NCBI RefSeq assembly: GCF_006345805.1
Contig: NC_043013.1
Span: forward strand, 20,150,001-20,214,000
DNA: 64,000 nucleotides
Direction: 5' to 3'
Origin: Octopus sinensis
Lineage: Eukaryota
The position numbers were made by a program, and so were the translations under genes. Positions 51,431-63,450 of this stretch are shown here, one piece after another; position 1 is the first letter of the stretch; the number at the start of each line of letters is the position of its first letter. The notes under the pieces were generated by a model. It did not search any database and was not told the origin of the DNA. It saw only the letters and a program-made list of their open reading frames with translations.

Positions 51431-52396
51431 GCTATGTAGATATTACTCGTTCATTAGTTCTATTGTTATATTATACAGGTGTAAACTGTGTAGTCGAGCC
51501 AAATATATGTTGCTTTTACAATTATAAGGTGTCAGGTAGAACAGTGAGGTAGATGGTGGTGGCAGTTGGGGGTTGTCACAATGTTGATGGTGTTGTTGGT
51601 GGTTACTGAATTCCAGCGGTAAGGATAATGGTCGTTGTTGTTGTGGTGGTGGTGGTGGTGGTGATGATGATGATGATAAAGTTGGCTGTGAATTGTTGCG
51701 AGAATGTCAGTTTATAAACGAGACATGTTTAATATTTTGTCATTTATTACATTAAGCAATCTTGTAAAACTGTCAGTATTTGGGTATGGTGTTGGGGTGT
51801 ATAATAGGGGTATGTTTGTATGTATGCATGTGTTTAAATTTATATGCAGGTATTCACAGGGTGTAAAATTCAAGTAAAATACAGATACAGGTGTGTATAT
51901 GTGTATCATCATCGTCATCATGTCCATTTTCACATGCTTGCAGGTGAGAGTCAGAGTTTATTGAGACAGATTTTCTGTATCCGGATGCCCTTCCTGTCAC
52001 CAACCCTCACTTGTATTCAAGAAAAGTAATCTTTGTATATGGCTGGACATCTTTTTTTGCAGAATATTGGAAACGAATGATATTCATTGACAACAATCAT
52101 GTGATGTCAAGACATGGTGACACAAGCATACAAACACACACTCACACAGAAATACGCTCACACACACACACACACACACACTTGCACAATCATCTACACA
52201 CACTCACACAGACATACACACACTCACACAATGGGCTCCTTTCAGTTTCTGTCTACCAAATCCATTGACAGGGCCTTAGTTGGCCCACTGCTATAGAAGA
52301 TGCCACTTGCTCAAGGGGCCACACAGTAATACTGAAACCAAAATCATGTGGTTGGGAAGCAAACTTCTTAACTACATGCCTACACCTATACCTATC

Positions 52397-52442
<46 letters not shown>

Positions 52443-53395
52443 AATAATCCTTTCTACAATAGGCAGAAGGCCTCAGGTTTGTGGGGAGGTGGTAAGTTGA
52501 TCACATTGATCCCAGTATTTAATTGGTAAATTTATTGACCTCAGAAGGAAGAAAGACAAAGTCGACCTTGGCAGAATTTGAACTCAGAACATAAGGATAG
52601 AATTTTGGAGAATCAAAAGATAAAATACTTATTTGTAGCTATAAGCATATAAAATAAATATCTTATCTCTAACTTCTCCAAAATTGGATTTATTATTATA
52701 TACTCTTCACAGTTGCAATTCCTAATTTATTATTATATCCTCTTCACAATTGCAACACCGCAGTTTTCAGAAGAACGAAGACATTAATTTTATGCCCTAA
52801 ACTAAACTACTGTCTTGTTGATAGCCAAATATTCAGTGGAGAATTTACAATGAGTTCTGTTTGATTCTTTGAATCCCTATTCTTATTATATATAGTGGAA
52901 ATTAAGATAAACACAATTATAAGTTATTAGTTCCTACATACGTTTCACTAATGCATTTATCTGTAACTCATTATTGGACGTTTTAAATGCATTTGGATCC
53001 CTAACCACAATGGATCATCACGGAACACTATATTGCATTCTGTTAAAGAAATCAAATATTCAAACCGGTGTTTATTATAATTTCCACTGCAATTGCGCTG
53101 TATATCAGAATTAGTAGCACTACTAAGTACAGAGGTCGACAAACCACTATTCTGGAAACCAACAGAATATAACAGTTCTTTTATGCTTTTATTCTTTTAC
53201 TTGTTTCAGTCATTTGACTGTGGCTATGCTGGAGCACCACCTAAAGGGGGTTTTAATCGAACAAATCAAGTATATGTGTATATATGTGTGTGCATATGTG
53301 TATATATACATACATGCATATATATATATGTGTGTGTGCGTGTGTGTGTGTCCCTACGTTTGTATATGAATGTGCGTTTTTATTTGTGCATGTAT

Positions 53396-53573
53396 AGGTG
53401 TAGGAATGGCTGTGTAGTGAGTAGCTTGCTTACCAACCACATAGTTCTGGGTTCAGTCCTACTGCATAGCACCTTGGGCAAGTGTCTTCTACTATAGCCT
53501 CAGGTCGACCAAAGCCTTGTGAGGGTATTTGGTAGACGGAAACTGAAAGAAGCCCGTCGTATATATGTGTATG

Positions 53574-53630
<57 letters not shown>

Positions 53631-53840
53631 ATATGTTTGTGTGTCTGTGTTTGTCCCCCCAATATTGCTTGACGACCAATGCTGGTGTGTTTACGTCACT
53701 GTAACTTAGCGGTTCGGCAAAAGAGATCGATAGAATAAGTATTAAGCTCACAAAGAATAAGTCCTGGGCTCGATTTGCTCAACTAAAGGTGGTGCTCCAG
53801 CATGGCCACAGTCAAATGATTGAAACATGTAAAAGAGTAG
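53396..53840 (+). mobile_element. SINE family A, full length
   Basis: Head-to-tail match. Confidence 0.85.
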
Positions 53841-54910
53841 AAGAGTAAGAGTACGTATGACCATATATCAGTGGGAATTTGCATCTGTATACATATATTT
53901 TTGCGAGGATATCAATTTATACAAATTTATTAACTATGGATCTACATATTGCAACTTATTTAACTGATCGGTTGGTTGACTGATTAATTGAATGTTTAGT
54001 CAATAAATTGTTTCATTAATTAATTAGTTCAATGGTTGGGTAGACTGACTGATTAATTAAGGGATTGCTTGGTGGCTGCATAAATTTCCAACTTGGTATA
54101 GCTTTCAGATCATTTGTTAATCCATTTATAATCTCCAATTAACCACCATTACTTCTAACTGTCCAACTGAAAAATTTTTATTGTTATTTTTATATATTTA
54201 TATTTATTTTTATTGACTTAAATGGCTTTAGGATCCTCTTCCTCGTAACCATCAAAATTCCTACATGTCCAACTGGAAAATTTTCTAATTTTTTAAATTA
54301 TTATTTTTATTAGTCTTAATTTATTTTATTTTATTTTTACATTTTTATTTCTAAATTGACTTAATTGCATTCAAGTCCCTCATAGCATATATCATTCATT
54401 TATTTTACCCCAGAGAATAATGGTTTATTAATAACCAGTCATTTGTTTTTAGATACTAACTGACCAATTATATCTGGTGGAGGTCCCTGCTCTACCAACT
54501 TTGGACAATAGGTAGATTGACTAGAATTCCTACTAGCAGTAAGTGAAAAATTATATCAAACCAATAAGCATTTTATTACGATGAATACTATTACTTAGTA
54601 CTATAAACATAATTAGTAGTACCAAAACTTTATTGCATTTTTGCCCCTCCTTTGAACTATCCTACTTGCGTACGTAGCTCTTACTTTCCTAACCTATGCC
54701 CCAAAGGAATATCCCACCAAGCACCCCTTTCGTTTCAAATTATTGTCATTTATTTATCATCCAATGGATCTACATGCAACACGACGTGACTCTCACCATA
54801 TTCAACCTTTCCTCCTTCTTTTCTTATCTCTTCTTTTTATTTTTATTTTCCTTTCTGATAAAACTCCATGATCCACATCCGTTTTAGTACCAAATATGGT
54901 AAATATTCTC

Positions 54911-55137
54911 TTAACCCTTTAGTGTTCAGATTATTCTATCAAACATAATGCTTATTGATTCCCATTGATTTGAATTAATCATGCATTATCTCATATCTTC
55001 AAGATCTTGATGGTGTAATTACTTAATGTAGAATAACATTGTAGGGCAGGTGTGAGGGCCTGGATCTGTTCAGTTTGAACATAAAACAGATTAAATATTT
55101 TGGCCGGATATGGCCGGTTTAAATCCTAAAGGGTTAA
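54911..55137. mobile_element. piggyBac-type MITE
   Basis: TTAA|CCCTTTAG ... CTAAAGGG|TTAA. Confidence 0.8.
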
Positions 55138-55282
55138 GATTGTAATGGTAATTTCAAAGAGCATTGGCAGCAAAAACAGCTGTTGGATGGGATGCAGTCT
55201 TTTTGTAAATTATTGATAAATGATAATTGCTGCAAATCAATTGTTGTTCATCAATGTTATCTCCATTTTCTGTTTTCCTTAC

Positions 55283-55336
<54 letters not shown>

Positions 55337-55344
55337 GTGTGTGT

Positions 55345-55484
55345 GTGTGTATATATTGATAAAAATGGTAAGACAACAAAAGAATGAAAGAGCCCCAATA
55401 TTATGTAAATAGAGGAATTTATCTGTAAATATAATATGTGACAATTATTCGGTAGCCGAATAATCGTCACATATTACATTTACA
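55345..55484. repeat. Tail plus 29-bp-arm hairpin next to (TA)n
   Basis: 55424-55452 pairs with 55456-55484 (2 mismatches, loop TAG). Confidence 0.85.
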
Positions 55485-55490
55485 AATGTC

Positions 55491-55866
55491 TCTATATATA
55501 AAGCTAAAGTTGTCTGTGTATGGCAGGTTTGGAAGCCTTCAACTAACACTATCTCCTCCGAGATTCTGCGGTGCAAGTTGACCAAAATTGAGAGTATGAT
55601 ACAAAAAGGCTTGCTCTTCCTTCCGTAGAAGAAAAAAATTCAAATCGGACCATGTTAACACCAAAAATTATTTCCATCAAAAAGGTGCTTTTTTTCTATG
55701 AAGATCCCTATTTTTGACGATGTTTTGACTGCTGTGTCACCATTTTTCGGTGTATTTCAACCAGAAAAATGTTCACTTAAAGCTACATAATGCAAAATTT
55801 TTACTTTTTAAAAATTCCAATTCTAAAGGTCGAAACAAACCTGAGCAATGCTGGGCAATACTGCTA

Positions 55867-55867
<1 letters not shown>
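55491..55867 (+). mobile_element. Non-autonomous Helitron
   Basis: 5' TCTATATATAAAG; 3' GC-rich hairpin-like CTGAGCAATGCTGGG followed by CTAG|T. Confidence 0.7.
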
Positions 55868-55910
<43 letters not shown>

Positions 55911-55919
55911 TAATAATTA

Positions 55920-55992
55920 TTATTTTAGGGAATATTAATCCTAACTTACAAGCAAGAATTCAATTTAGAAATACTAAATCAAATTTCACACA

Positions 55993-56043
<51 letters not shown>

Positions 56044-56343
56044 TAGAAAAACCCACCTTTTATCAATTCAAAATGAACAATTAAATTACACCATCTAGAA
56101 AATTACATATAATAGAAATATTAAAATTAAAATAACAATAAAATACCAATGATTAAGTAAATTGCCAAAATATAATAAAAACGTTATTCTACCAATTATA
56201 TATGTTTTTATTATTTTTTGGCAATTTACTTAATCATTGGTATTTTATTGTTATTTTAATTTTAATATTTCTATTATATGTAATTTTCTAGATGGTGTAA
56301 TTTAATTGTTCATTTTGAATTGATAAAAGGTGTTTTTTTTCTA

Positions 56344-56346
<3 letters not shown>
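55920..56346. repeat. Fold-back element: conserved tail, (TA)n, ~142-bp arms, 21-nt loop
   Basis: 56041-56182 is the reverse complement of 56204-56346; 55925-55988 resembles the reverse complement of 48560-48620. Confidence 0.9.
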
Positions 56347-56383
<37 letters not shown>

Positions 56384-56931
56384 AAATATACACACATATA
56401 CATACATACATATACATACATGTATGCGTGTGCTCATTTTTAAATACATAAAACAAGAACAGTGAATAAAAGTCTCACCACATGTATACAGTCATAACCA
56501 AAGCATTTAAAATGCACACATGTACTTGTAGGAGTGTCACTTTTATATTTTGCACAATCTCATGTATGTTTTATAAATCTTCCTACTCATGTCACACGAC
56601 GGCAATTGATGAATTACGAATCACACAGTGTGTTGAAACTGTTCATCACTTATTGAAAAATTTCTTCACAAAATAACTAGTTTTACAATAATTTTTACTC
56701 TTGTCAATTCAGGGTGTGTTTTTTTCTTTTGTATTCTTAAAGGAAAAATAAATACAATGCATAAATAAAAAAAATAAAAAAATTATATTACTTGAAATAT
56801 ATATTTCCGTATGTGTGTGTTTGTGCGTGTGTTATGAGTTGCAATTTAAAATATTCATATATATTATTTGGAAAAAATATCTTTTAACTGGTGCCTTGTG
56901 TAGTTCTATGAATATTGATTATTTTCCACAG

Positions 56932-56942
56932 TTGGTGCAATG
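56932..56942 (+). other. Candidate 11-nt microexon
   Basis: TTATTTTCCACAG|TTGGTGCAATG|GTAAGT. Confidence 0.4.
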
Positions 56943-57032
56943 GTAAGTTAGAAATGGTAGAACGGAGATACCATTCTGTGAGTGTGTTTACATTTTTTAT
57001 TCTTTATTTTCTTTATTTTCTTTTTTTTCCAG

Positions 57033-57086
57033 TTCTGCAGTCGTAGCAAATATATAAATCTTTTTTCATTATGAAGCAAAAGCTTC
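57033..57086 (+). other. Candidate 54-nt exon (stops in all three frames)
   Basis: Long pyrimidine tract ...TTTTTTTTCCAG| and donor TTC|GTAAGT; 90-nt intron from the microexon. Confidence 0.4.
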
Positions 57087-58943
57087 GTAAGTTATTTTCC
57101 ACATATTTTCTAAAACATGTGTGTATGTATGGTTTCTCAGGCATAGCCATGTTGTAAGAATCTTCGTTCTCAACCACGTGGTCGTGAATTCAGTCCCACT
57201 GTGTTGTAACGTGGGGCAAGTGTCTTCTGCGATAGCCCCAGGCCAACCAAAGCCTTGTGAATGACTCTGACCGACAGAGAAATGAAAGAAGACCATCGTA
57301 TACACACACAAACACACATACACACACCACTCACAGACATACTCATAGGTGCACACATATACACACACATGCACACACACACACATACATACACATACAC
57401 ACATATACACACATACACACACGCACACACACACCTACACACGCACATACATACACATACACAAACATTCACATATACACACATACACACACACACACTC
57501 CCACGTGTGTGCATGCTTTTCTGTTTGTGTTTCATCCACCCGTCACCGCTACATGACTACTGGTGTTGATTTGTTAAGGTCCCTGTAACCAACCACGCAG
57601 TTCAGTTAAAAGAGAATGATAGAATAAGTGTCCAGTCGTAGAAAGCATGCTAAAGCAGACAGTTGGAACCTGGACAGCTCTCTGGCCGGTGAGCTCCTAG
57701 CAAATTGTCCAATCCATACCAGCATGGAAAACTGATGTTAAATGATGATGATGATGATGATGATATATTTCCGTCTACCAAATCCATTTACAAGGTTTTT
57801 GGTTGGAATGAGGCTATAGTAGAAGACACTCACCCAAGGTGTCACACAGTGGGACTGAACCTGGAACCATGTGTTTGGGAGGCAAGCTTCTTACCACACA
57901 GCCACATCTGCACCTATATATTGGTGACAGTAAAGGCGTTGAGCCATAGAAAATCTACTTCATCAAATTTTCTCTGATACATGCAAGCATGGGAAAGTAG
58001 AAGTTAAACGGGGATGATTATGATGATGATAACGACGATGATGATAAATGTCAAACATTGAAACTCCATGGAACCTGTGGAAGTAAGAGAACATGAAGGA
58101 GAACCGATCTCAAGATGTTCCATCTTATGAGGGAGATGAGAGAAGACCATTGCTGACAGGTGATACTATGGTGCTTTTCCAGCACCATAGTATCACCTGT
58201 GGTGAGCTGGCAGAAACGTTAGCATGCCAGGCGAAATGCATAGCCGTATTTCGTCTGCCGCTAAGTTCTGAGTTCAAATTCCGCTGAGGTCGACTTTGTC
58301 TTTCATCCTTTCGAGGTTGATAAATTAAGTACCAGTTACACACTGGGGTCGATATAATCGACTTAATCTGTTTGTCTGTCCTTGTTTGTCCCCTCTGTGT
58401 TTAGCCCCTTGTGGGTTGTAAAGAAATATATGGTGCTGGAAAAGTCCAGACTATCTGTGTAGGCTAAGGAAAATGTGGGTAAAAATGGAGATAAGTGACA
58501 GAGGCTAGGATCATCAACATCATCATAATTTTTACGTCCACTTTTCCATGTTCATGTAGCTTGGGTGGAATTATGTTAAGGCATATTTTCTGTGATCTGA
58601 TGTCCATCCTGTTGGCAACTCTCAGTTTCCATATTTAAGGTGATATTTCTTTAAAACAAAAACTGTTTTGATGAAAGATTGGGAAGAATGCACAGCGCTT
58701 ATAAGAAGGTTACATTTCTTTACAATTATCACACAATGTCTAAGAGACAGTGACACTTACACACAGGTGGGTGTGTGCATATATATTCTTTTATTCTTTT
58801 TTTTAACCCAGCAAATTGACCCAGGACTTATCTTTTTAAGCCTAGTATTTATTTTATTAGTGTGTTCTTTGCTAAGTTACAAGGATGTAAACACACCAAC
58901 ACTGGTTGACAAGAGGTGATAGGAAGATAAACATACACAATGG

Positions 58944-58996
<53 letters not shown>

Positions 58997-61063
58997 ATAT
59001 GTATGGGTTTCTTTCAGTTTCTGTCTACCAAATCCACTCACACGGCTTTGGTTAGCTTGAGGATATATCTTCACTGGAGTCCTTGTCCTTGCTCATTTTT
59101 ACCTGCCAAGACATCATTTACTGTCCCTTTTACCTTATCTCTCTCTATCATCTCGTTTTCTTCACCATATCGGCTCAACTGTGAATTGAGAGACCTCATC
59201 ACACCTGTCCATATCAGCCCCCCCTCTCCCTACTCTACCACCCACAACCCATATCTCACAATTCCTTCCTTGTTTCGATTCGCAGTGCTTAACTACTCAG
59301 TAACTAAGAATCGCATCTGATTTTTTCCATACCCAATACATCTCCTCATTTATCCCCCACTGCCATGTACAGCCACCTACCTCTCTTTTTCCCTTGAGAT
59401 CATACCTTTATTAACATTCATCACTCTTTTATTAGCCAATATTGCCTCCCTGCTTGCACTCTTTCACTCTTGACTGATATACTTCGCACCAACCATTTCT
59501 ATGACTATGCATCATACACACACATGCGCACATACACACACACACTCTCTTTCTCTCTCTTACACATACACACTCATACACACACACGCACATATTCTCA
59601 TATATACATACACACTCTCTCTCTTTCTCTCTCTTACACATATACACACACACACATATTCTCATATATACATACACACTCTCTCTCTTACACATACACA
59701 CTCACACACATGCACACTCTCATATATACATACACACTCTCTCTCTTTCTCTCTCTTACACATACACGCTCACACACATGCACACTCTAATATATACATA
59801 CACAAAATCACACTCTCTCACACAAAGTCTCACGCATTCTCACCCACTCAGACACACACATCCACTTGCACACACATTTCCTCTCTCTCTCTCTCACACT
59901 CACACTCTCTCTCAATTACATATACTCTCTCTCTCTCTCTCTCTTTCCAAGAACCACATAACTACCTGAGCATCTTTCTCCTGTTTCCTCCATCTCTCCT
60001 ACTAACTAGTACCTAGCTGCCACATGCGTCTCTTCACCTGTGTTGCAAGTCACAACTCTCCTTCTCTCAGATCACCCCTTTAATGACATCCTTCACCCTC
60101 TGACTATAACCTTTTCTTCTCTCTCTCTCCTCCTCCTCCTCCTACTTCTGTTAGCCACTCCCCCCTCTACTCTAGGTCTCACATTACAAACATCTACACT
60201 CTTAACCACTATGTATCTACATCACTCTCTCTACCATTTTAGTTTTGCTCACTACACTCCACAATCATTGTCTCTCTCCCATTACTGCCTCCTCACCATA
60301 AATGTCTCTGTGCTATCACTGTTCCTCTTCCATCTCATTGTCTCACACCTGCTATAGCTCCACTGCAATTACCCCATTTTTCCCCACCACATTCTCCTAT
60401 CTCTTCTCCACCTGATTTCATCTTTGGTAGCCACACACACACGCTTTTCTGTCTGTCCCTACTCAAGGAGATAATGATGTACCATAGTGAGGACCCCTTT
60501 TGTCTGACAGGAGACAAAGTAACTTTATTAGGGTCTTTGTTATAAAATGCTCCAGTACACCTTGTAATGTGATTGTTAAATAAGTGAAGAGAGTGTGGGT
60601 TGAAGGGAGACTTTAGTTATGTCTTGCTGAGGACTTGACAACCTCTTTAATGCTGGTGCTAGGAAGAAAATCTGTTTGGTACACATTGCATAAAGTAGTT
60701 GGTGTTAGGAAGGATGTCCAACTGTGGACACACGGACACACACACACACACTCCTTTTATCATTTCATTTATCATAAACTTGTTTAAATCATTAAACTGT
60801 GGCCATGTTGGAGCACTGCCTTGAAGGATTTTAATTGAATGAATCAACGCCCCCTCCCCAGGGCTTATTTTTGTTTTTGTAAGCTTGCTACTTATCCTAT
60901 CAGTCTTTTTTGTAAACTGCTAAGTTAAAGGCATAAACACACCCATACCAGTTGTCAATTGGTGATGGAGGACAATTACAGATAGAAAATACAAAGACAC
61001 ACACACACATATAATTCATATATATATATATACATGCATACATATATATGTATATATATGTGT

Positions 61064-61367
61064 GTGGAGTCGCAATGGTCCAGTGGTTAGGGCAGCGAAC
61101 TTGCGGTCATAGGATCGCAGTTTCGATTCCCAGACCGGGCATTGTGAGTGTTTATTGAGTGAAAACACCTACAGCTCCACGAGGCTCCAGCAGGGGGTGG
61201 TGGCAATCCTTGCTGTACTCTTTCGCCACAACTTTCTCTCACTCGTTCTTCTGTTGGCCTGCTCACTTAGCCAGCGGGATGGCGTCATTTGAAGGCTAAA
61301 ACAATTTGAAGCGCATTGTGACCAGCGATGTGTAGCAACATCTGATAGCCTGGTCGGTCACGGTGAT
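61064..61367 (+). mobile_element. SINE family C, full length
   Basis: tRNA-like head and a body matching the other copies. Confidence 0.87.
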
Positions 61368-62000
61368 ATATATATATATATTAATAGTTATCGCCAAGCT
61401 AATATGGTAGTCCATAGATATAAGACTAAAGCTGCCATTGATTAGCTCCAAGAGGCCATCGCCTCTAGCTAGCTATATGACACACGAACCTGTGTCCATT
61501 ATAACCTTCGAACAGGGGAGGTCAGCCGCTTCCCCTTGCTGGTCAGACATCTGCAGACATTTTTCAGGGTACTTGCCCTTTATCAATGCAGAGTAGCCAG
61601 ATCCAGCAGGCGTTGCTACTAACCGTCTGTTCGAAGGATTATTTACCTAATTTCAATGGAATACATCCACTGGTTTTCAAAAATAGAAATATTAAAATTT
61701 CTAAGTCTCTCTAAAGGAGACTATGGCAGCGGTACTGGATATAATGTATAAATATATATATGTGTGTGTTTACATATATATATATATATTATGTGAAATA
61801 GAAAGATGAATAATCTTGTAGTAGATTAATCAAAAGTTTAACCGATACCTTAGTAGCAAAAATCACAGCAGTGAACAGCACGGTTGGAGGTACAACCATC
61901 TGGCGTTGCAACCGTGCGTTGGTGCGGATAATTGAAATTAAAACATTATTGGTGAATTGAAGAAATGGAGCTGAACGCAGATTGAACAGAAATCGTTTTA

Positions 62001-62089
62001 TTTCATTCTACACGTGTTTCGAAAGGCACAAATTACCAAAATCCGATTGAATAATGGGACCATATTGTGTCTTTCTCTTCAGGAAGAAA
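62001..62089 (-). ncRNA. Type I hammerhead ribozyme, intact core, sense to the ORF
   Basis: Reverse complement of the 63271-63359 motif. Confidence 0.85.
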
Positions 62090-62700
62090 AAAGGAAATCC
62101 GTTGGAAAAACAAAAACAGAACAGAGGCAGAGCAAAAAACAAATCGAACTGTGCTCCTAAGAGCCCATGGCGAAACTGTTTATCAGTGTATGTTGAGAAC
62201 CGGTGGCTGAAGAATTCAACAGGTCAGGCATCGGTCAAACATGTGGGTGAGGGTGTATAGATGTTCTTTGTGACCGAGAATAAAGTTCTGACTATTTAAG
62301 GAATATTGGATGTTTTATAAGGGGCGAGAAAAAATCTACTTAGAGACGTGTGTGTGTGTATACTGTTCTATATATGTGTGTGTTGGCGTAGGGGTAGAAA
62401 ACATTTTTTGTGTACGTGTGTGCGTTTGATCGTTCGGCTGTCAGTGGCTACTGCCGTGATAACCGTTGGGTGGCAGAAAGAAAAAAAATAAAGAAATTAT
62501 ATATATATATTTTATGTTATATGTGTGTGTGTGTGTGTTCATCTAAGCCTACCTTGACAAGGAAACCCCCCGCTGTGAAAAAACAAGCCCCGTTTGTCTT
62601 ACAGGAGTAATTTCCCTTGCAGTGGTTAATTGTAGATATCTTAAAATCTATTTCAGAATTTGTTACCAAGGGCTATGGGTGCCGGTCTTATTTATAAACG

Positions 62701-63306
62701 CTATTTAAAGGCCAGATAAGTGTAACGCCGCCAATGGGGGCATCGAAAAGCCGACTGTAAGAGCCCGTTTACCATCCGGCCTCTGGCAAACAAAATATGG
62801 AAGAGTTCGGAGACACAAAGGTTGCACTGTCTTCTGCCCCTATCAAATGGGAGGGCCACCGACAAAATTGACCATTCCAGCCTATAGCTTAAGTTCGCAT
62901 CCTTCAGTCGCCATATTAGCTTACTGAGTCCCGTGGTCTGGCGCTTGTCCACGTCCCGAAAAGTTGCGTAATGGTTGGAGACACGCAAAGACAATCTTGA
63001 GGACGATGCCCCTATATAAGTGAAGGCATCTGAGTCCGTGTAAACCTTGCATTGGTAGACGGCGTTTTTGATCTTGGAGTTCGCCGACGTGAATCTTACT
63101 CTGCTGGGATTGGTTTCTGAAATTAGAACTGCGTTCCTGTCACTATATTCGTTCCGAGACCTGCAGCCGCTTACTACTCTATTTTCCACTACGTCACTAT
63201 TAACTATAGGAATAACCCCTGATTCTCCACTATCTATCAGAGTGCTGTCATTTTCCAACGGATTTCCTTTTTTCTTCCTGAAGAGAAAGACACAATATGG
63301 TCCCAT
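62701..63306 (-). CDS. GIY-YIG endonuclease (PLE type), 201 aa, stop-free
   Basis: NAVYQCKV...YIGASS..SLRVSNH...TGLSKLIWRLKD...W...CNLCVSE...MVN...CPH. The first 18 codons come from the inverted repeat. Confidence 0.75.
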   Translation of the reverse strand: MGPYCVFLFRKKKGNPLENDSTLIDSGESGVIPIVNSDVVENRVVSGCRSRNEYSDRNAVLISETNPSRVRFTSANSKIKNAVYQCKVYTDSDAFTYIGASSSRLSLRVSNHYATFRDVDKRQTTGLSKLIWRLKDANLSYRLEWSILSVALPFDRGRRQCNLCVSELFHILFARGRMVNGLLQSAFRCPHWRRYTYLAFK

Positions 63307-63359
63307 TATTCAATCGGATTTTGGTAATTTGTGCCTTTCGAAACACGTGTAGAATGAAA
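63271..63359 (+). ncRNA. Type I hammerhead ribozyme, intact core, antisense to the ORF
   Basis: Stem I TTTC-TTC/GAA-T-GAAA; CTGAAGA at 63278-63284; stem II GAAAG.CACAA...TTGTG.CTTTC; GAAA at 63340-63343; palindromic stem III ACACGTGT; GUA triplet with predicted cut after 63351. Confidence 0.85.
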
Positions 63360-63412
63360 TAAAACGATTTCTGTTCAATCTGCGTTCAGCTCCATTTCTT
63401 CAATTCACCAAT

Positions 63413-63450
<38 letters not shown>

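Larger units (their letters stand above)
61790..63421 (-). mobile_element. RT-less Penelope-like element with an inverted 5' terminal repeat
   Basis: (TA)n on both sides; 61939-62109 reads as the exact reverse complement of 63251-63421; GIY-YIG ORF inside; HHR in each repeat; 150-bp 3' extension at 61790-61938. Confidence 0.88.

Noticed and set aside
52930-52990. Possible fourth hammerhead on the minus strand (TAATGAG...GAAACGTA)
   Set aside because: Core is not CTGANGA, and stems I and II do not pair.
61395-61640. Multi-hairpin segment as an HDV-like or other ribozyme
   Set aside because: Two short hairpins are visible, but I could not build the nested pseudoknot or find conserved catalytic motifs.
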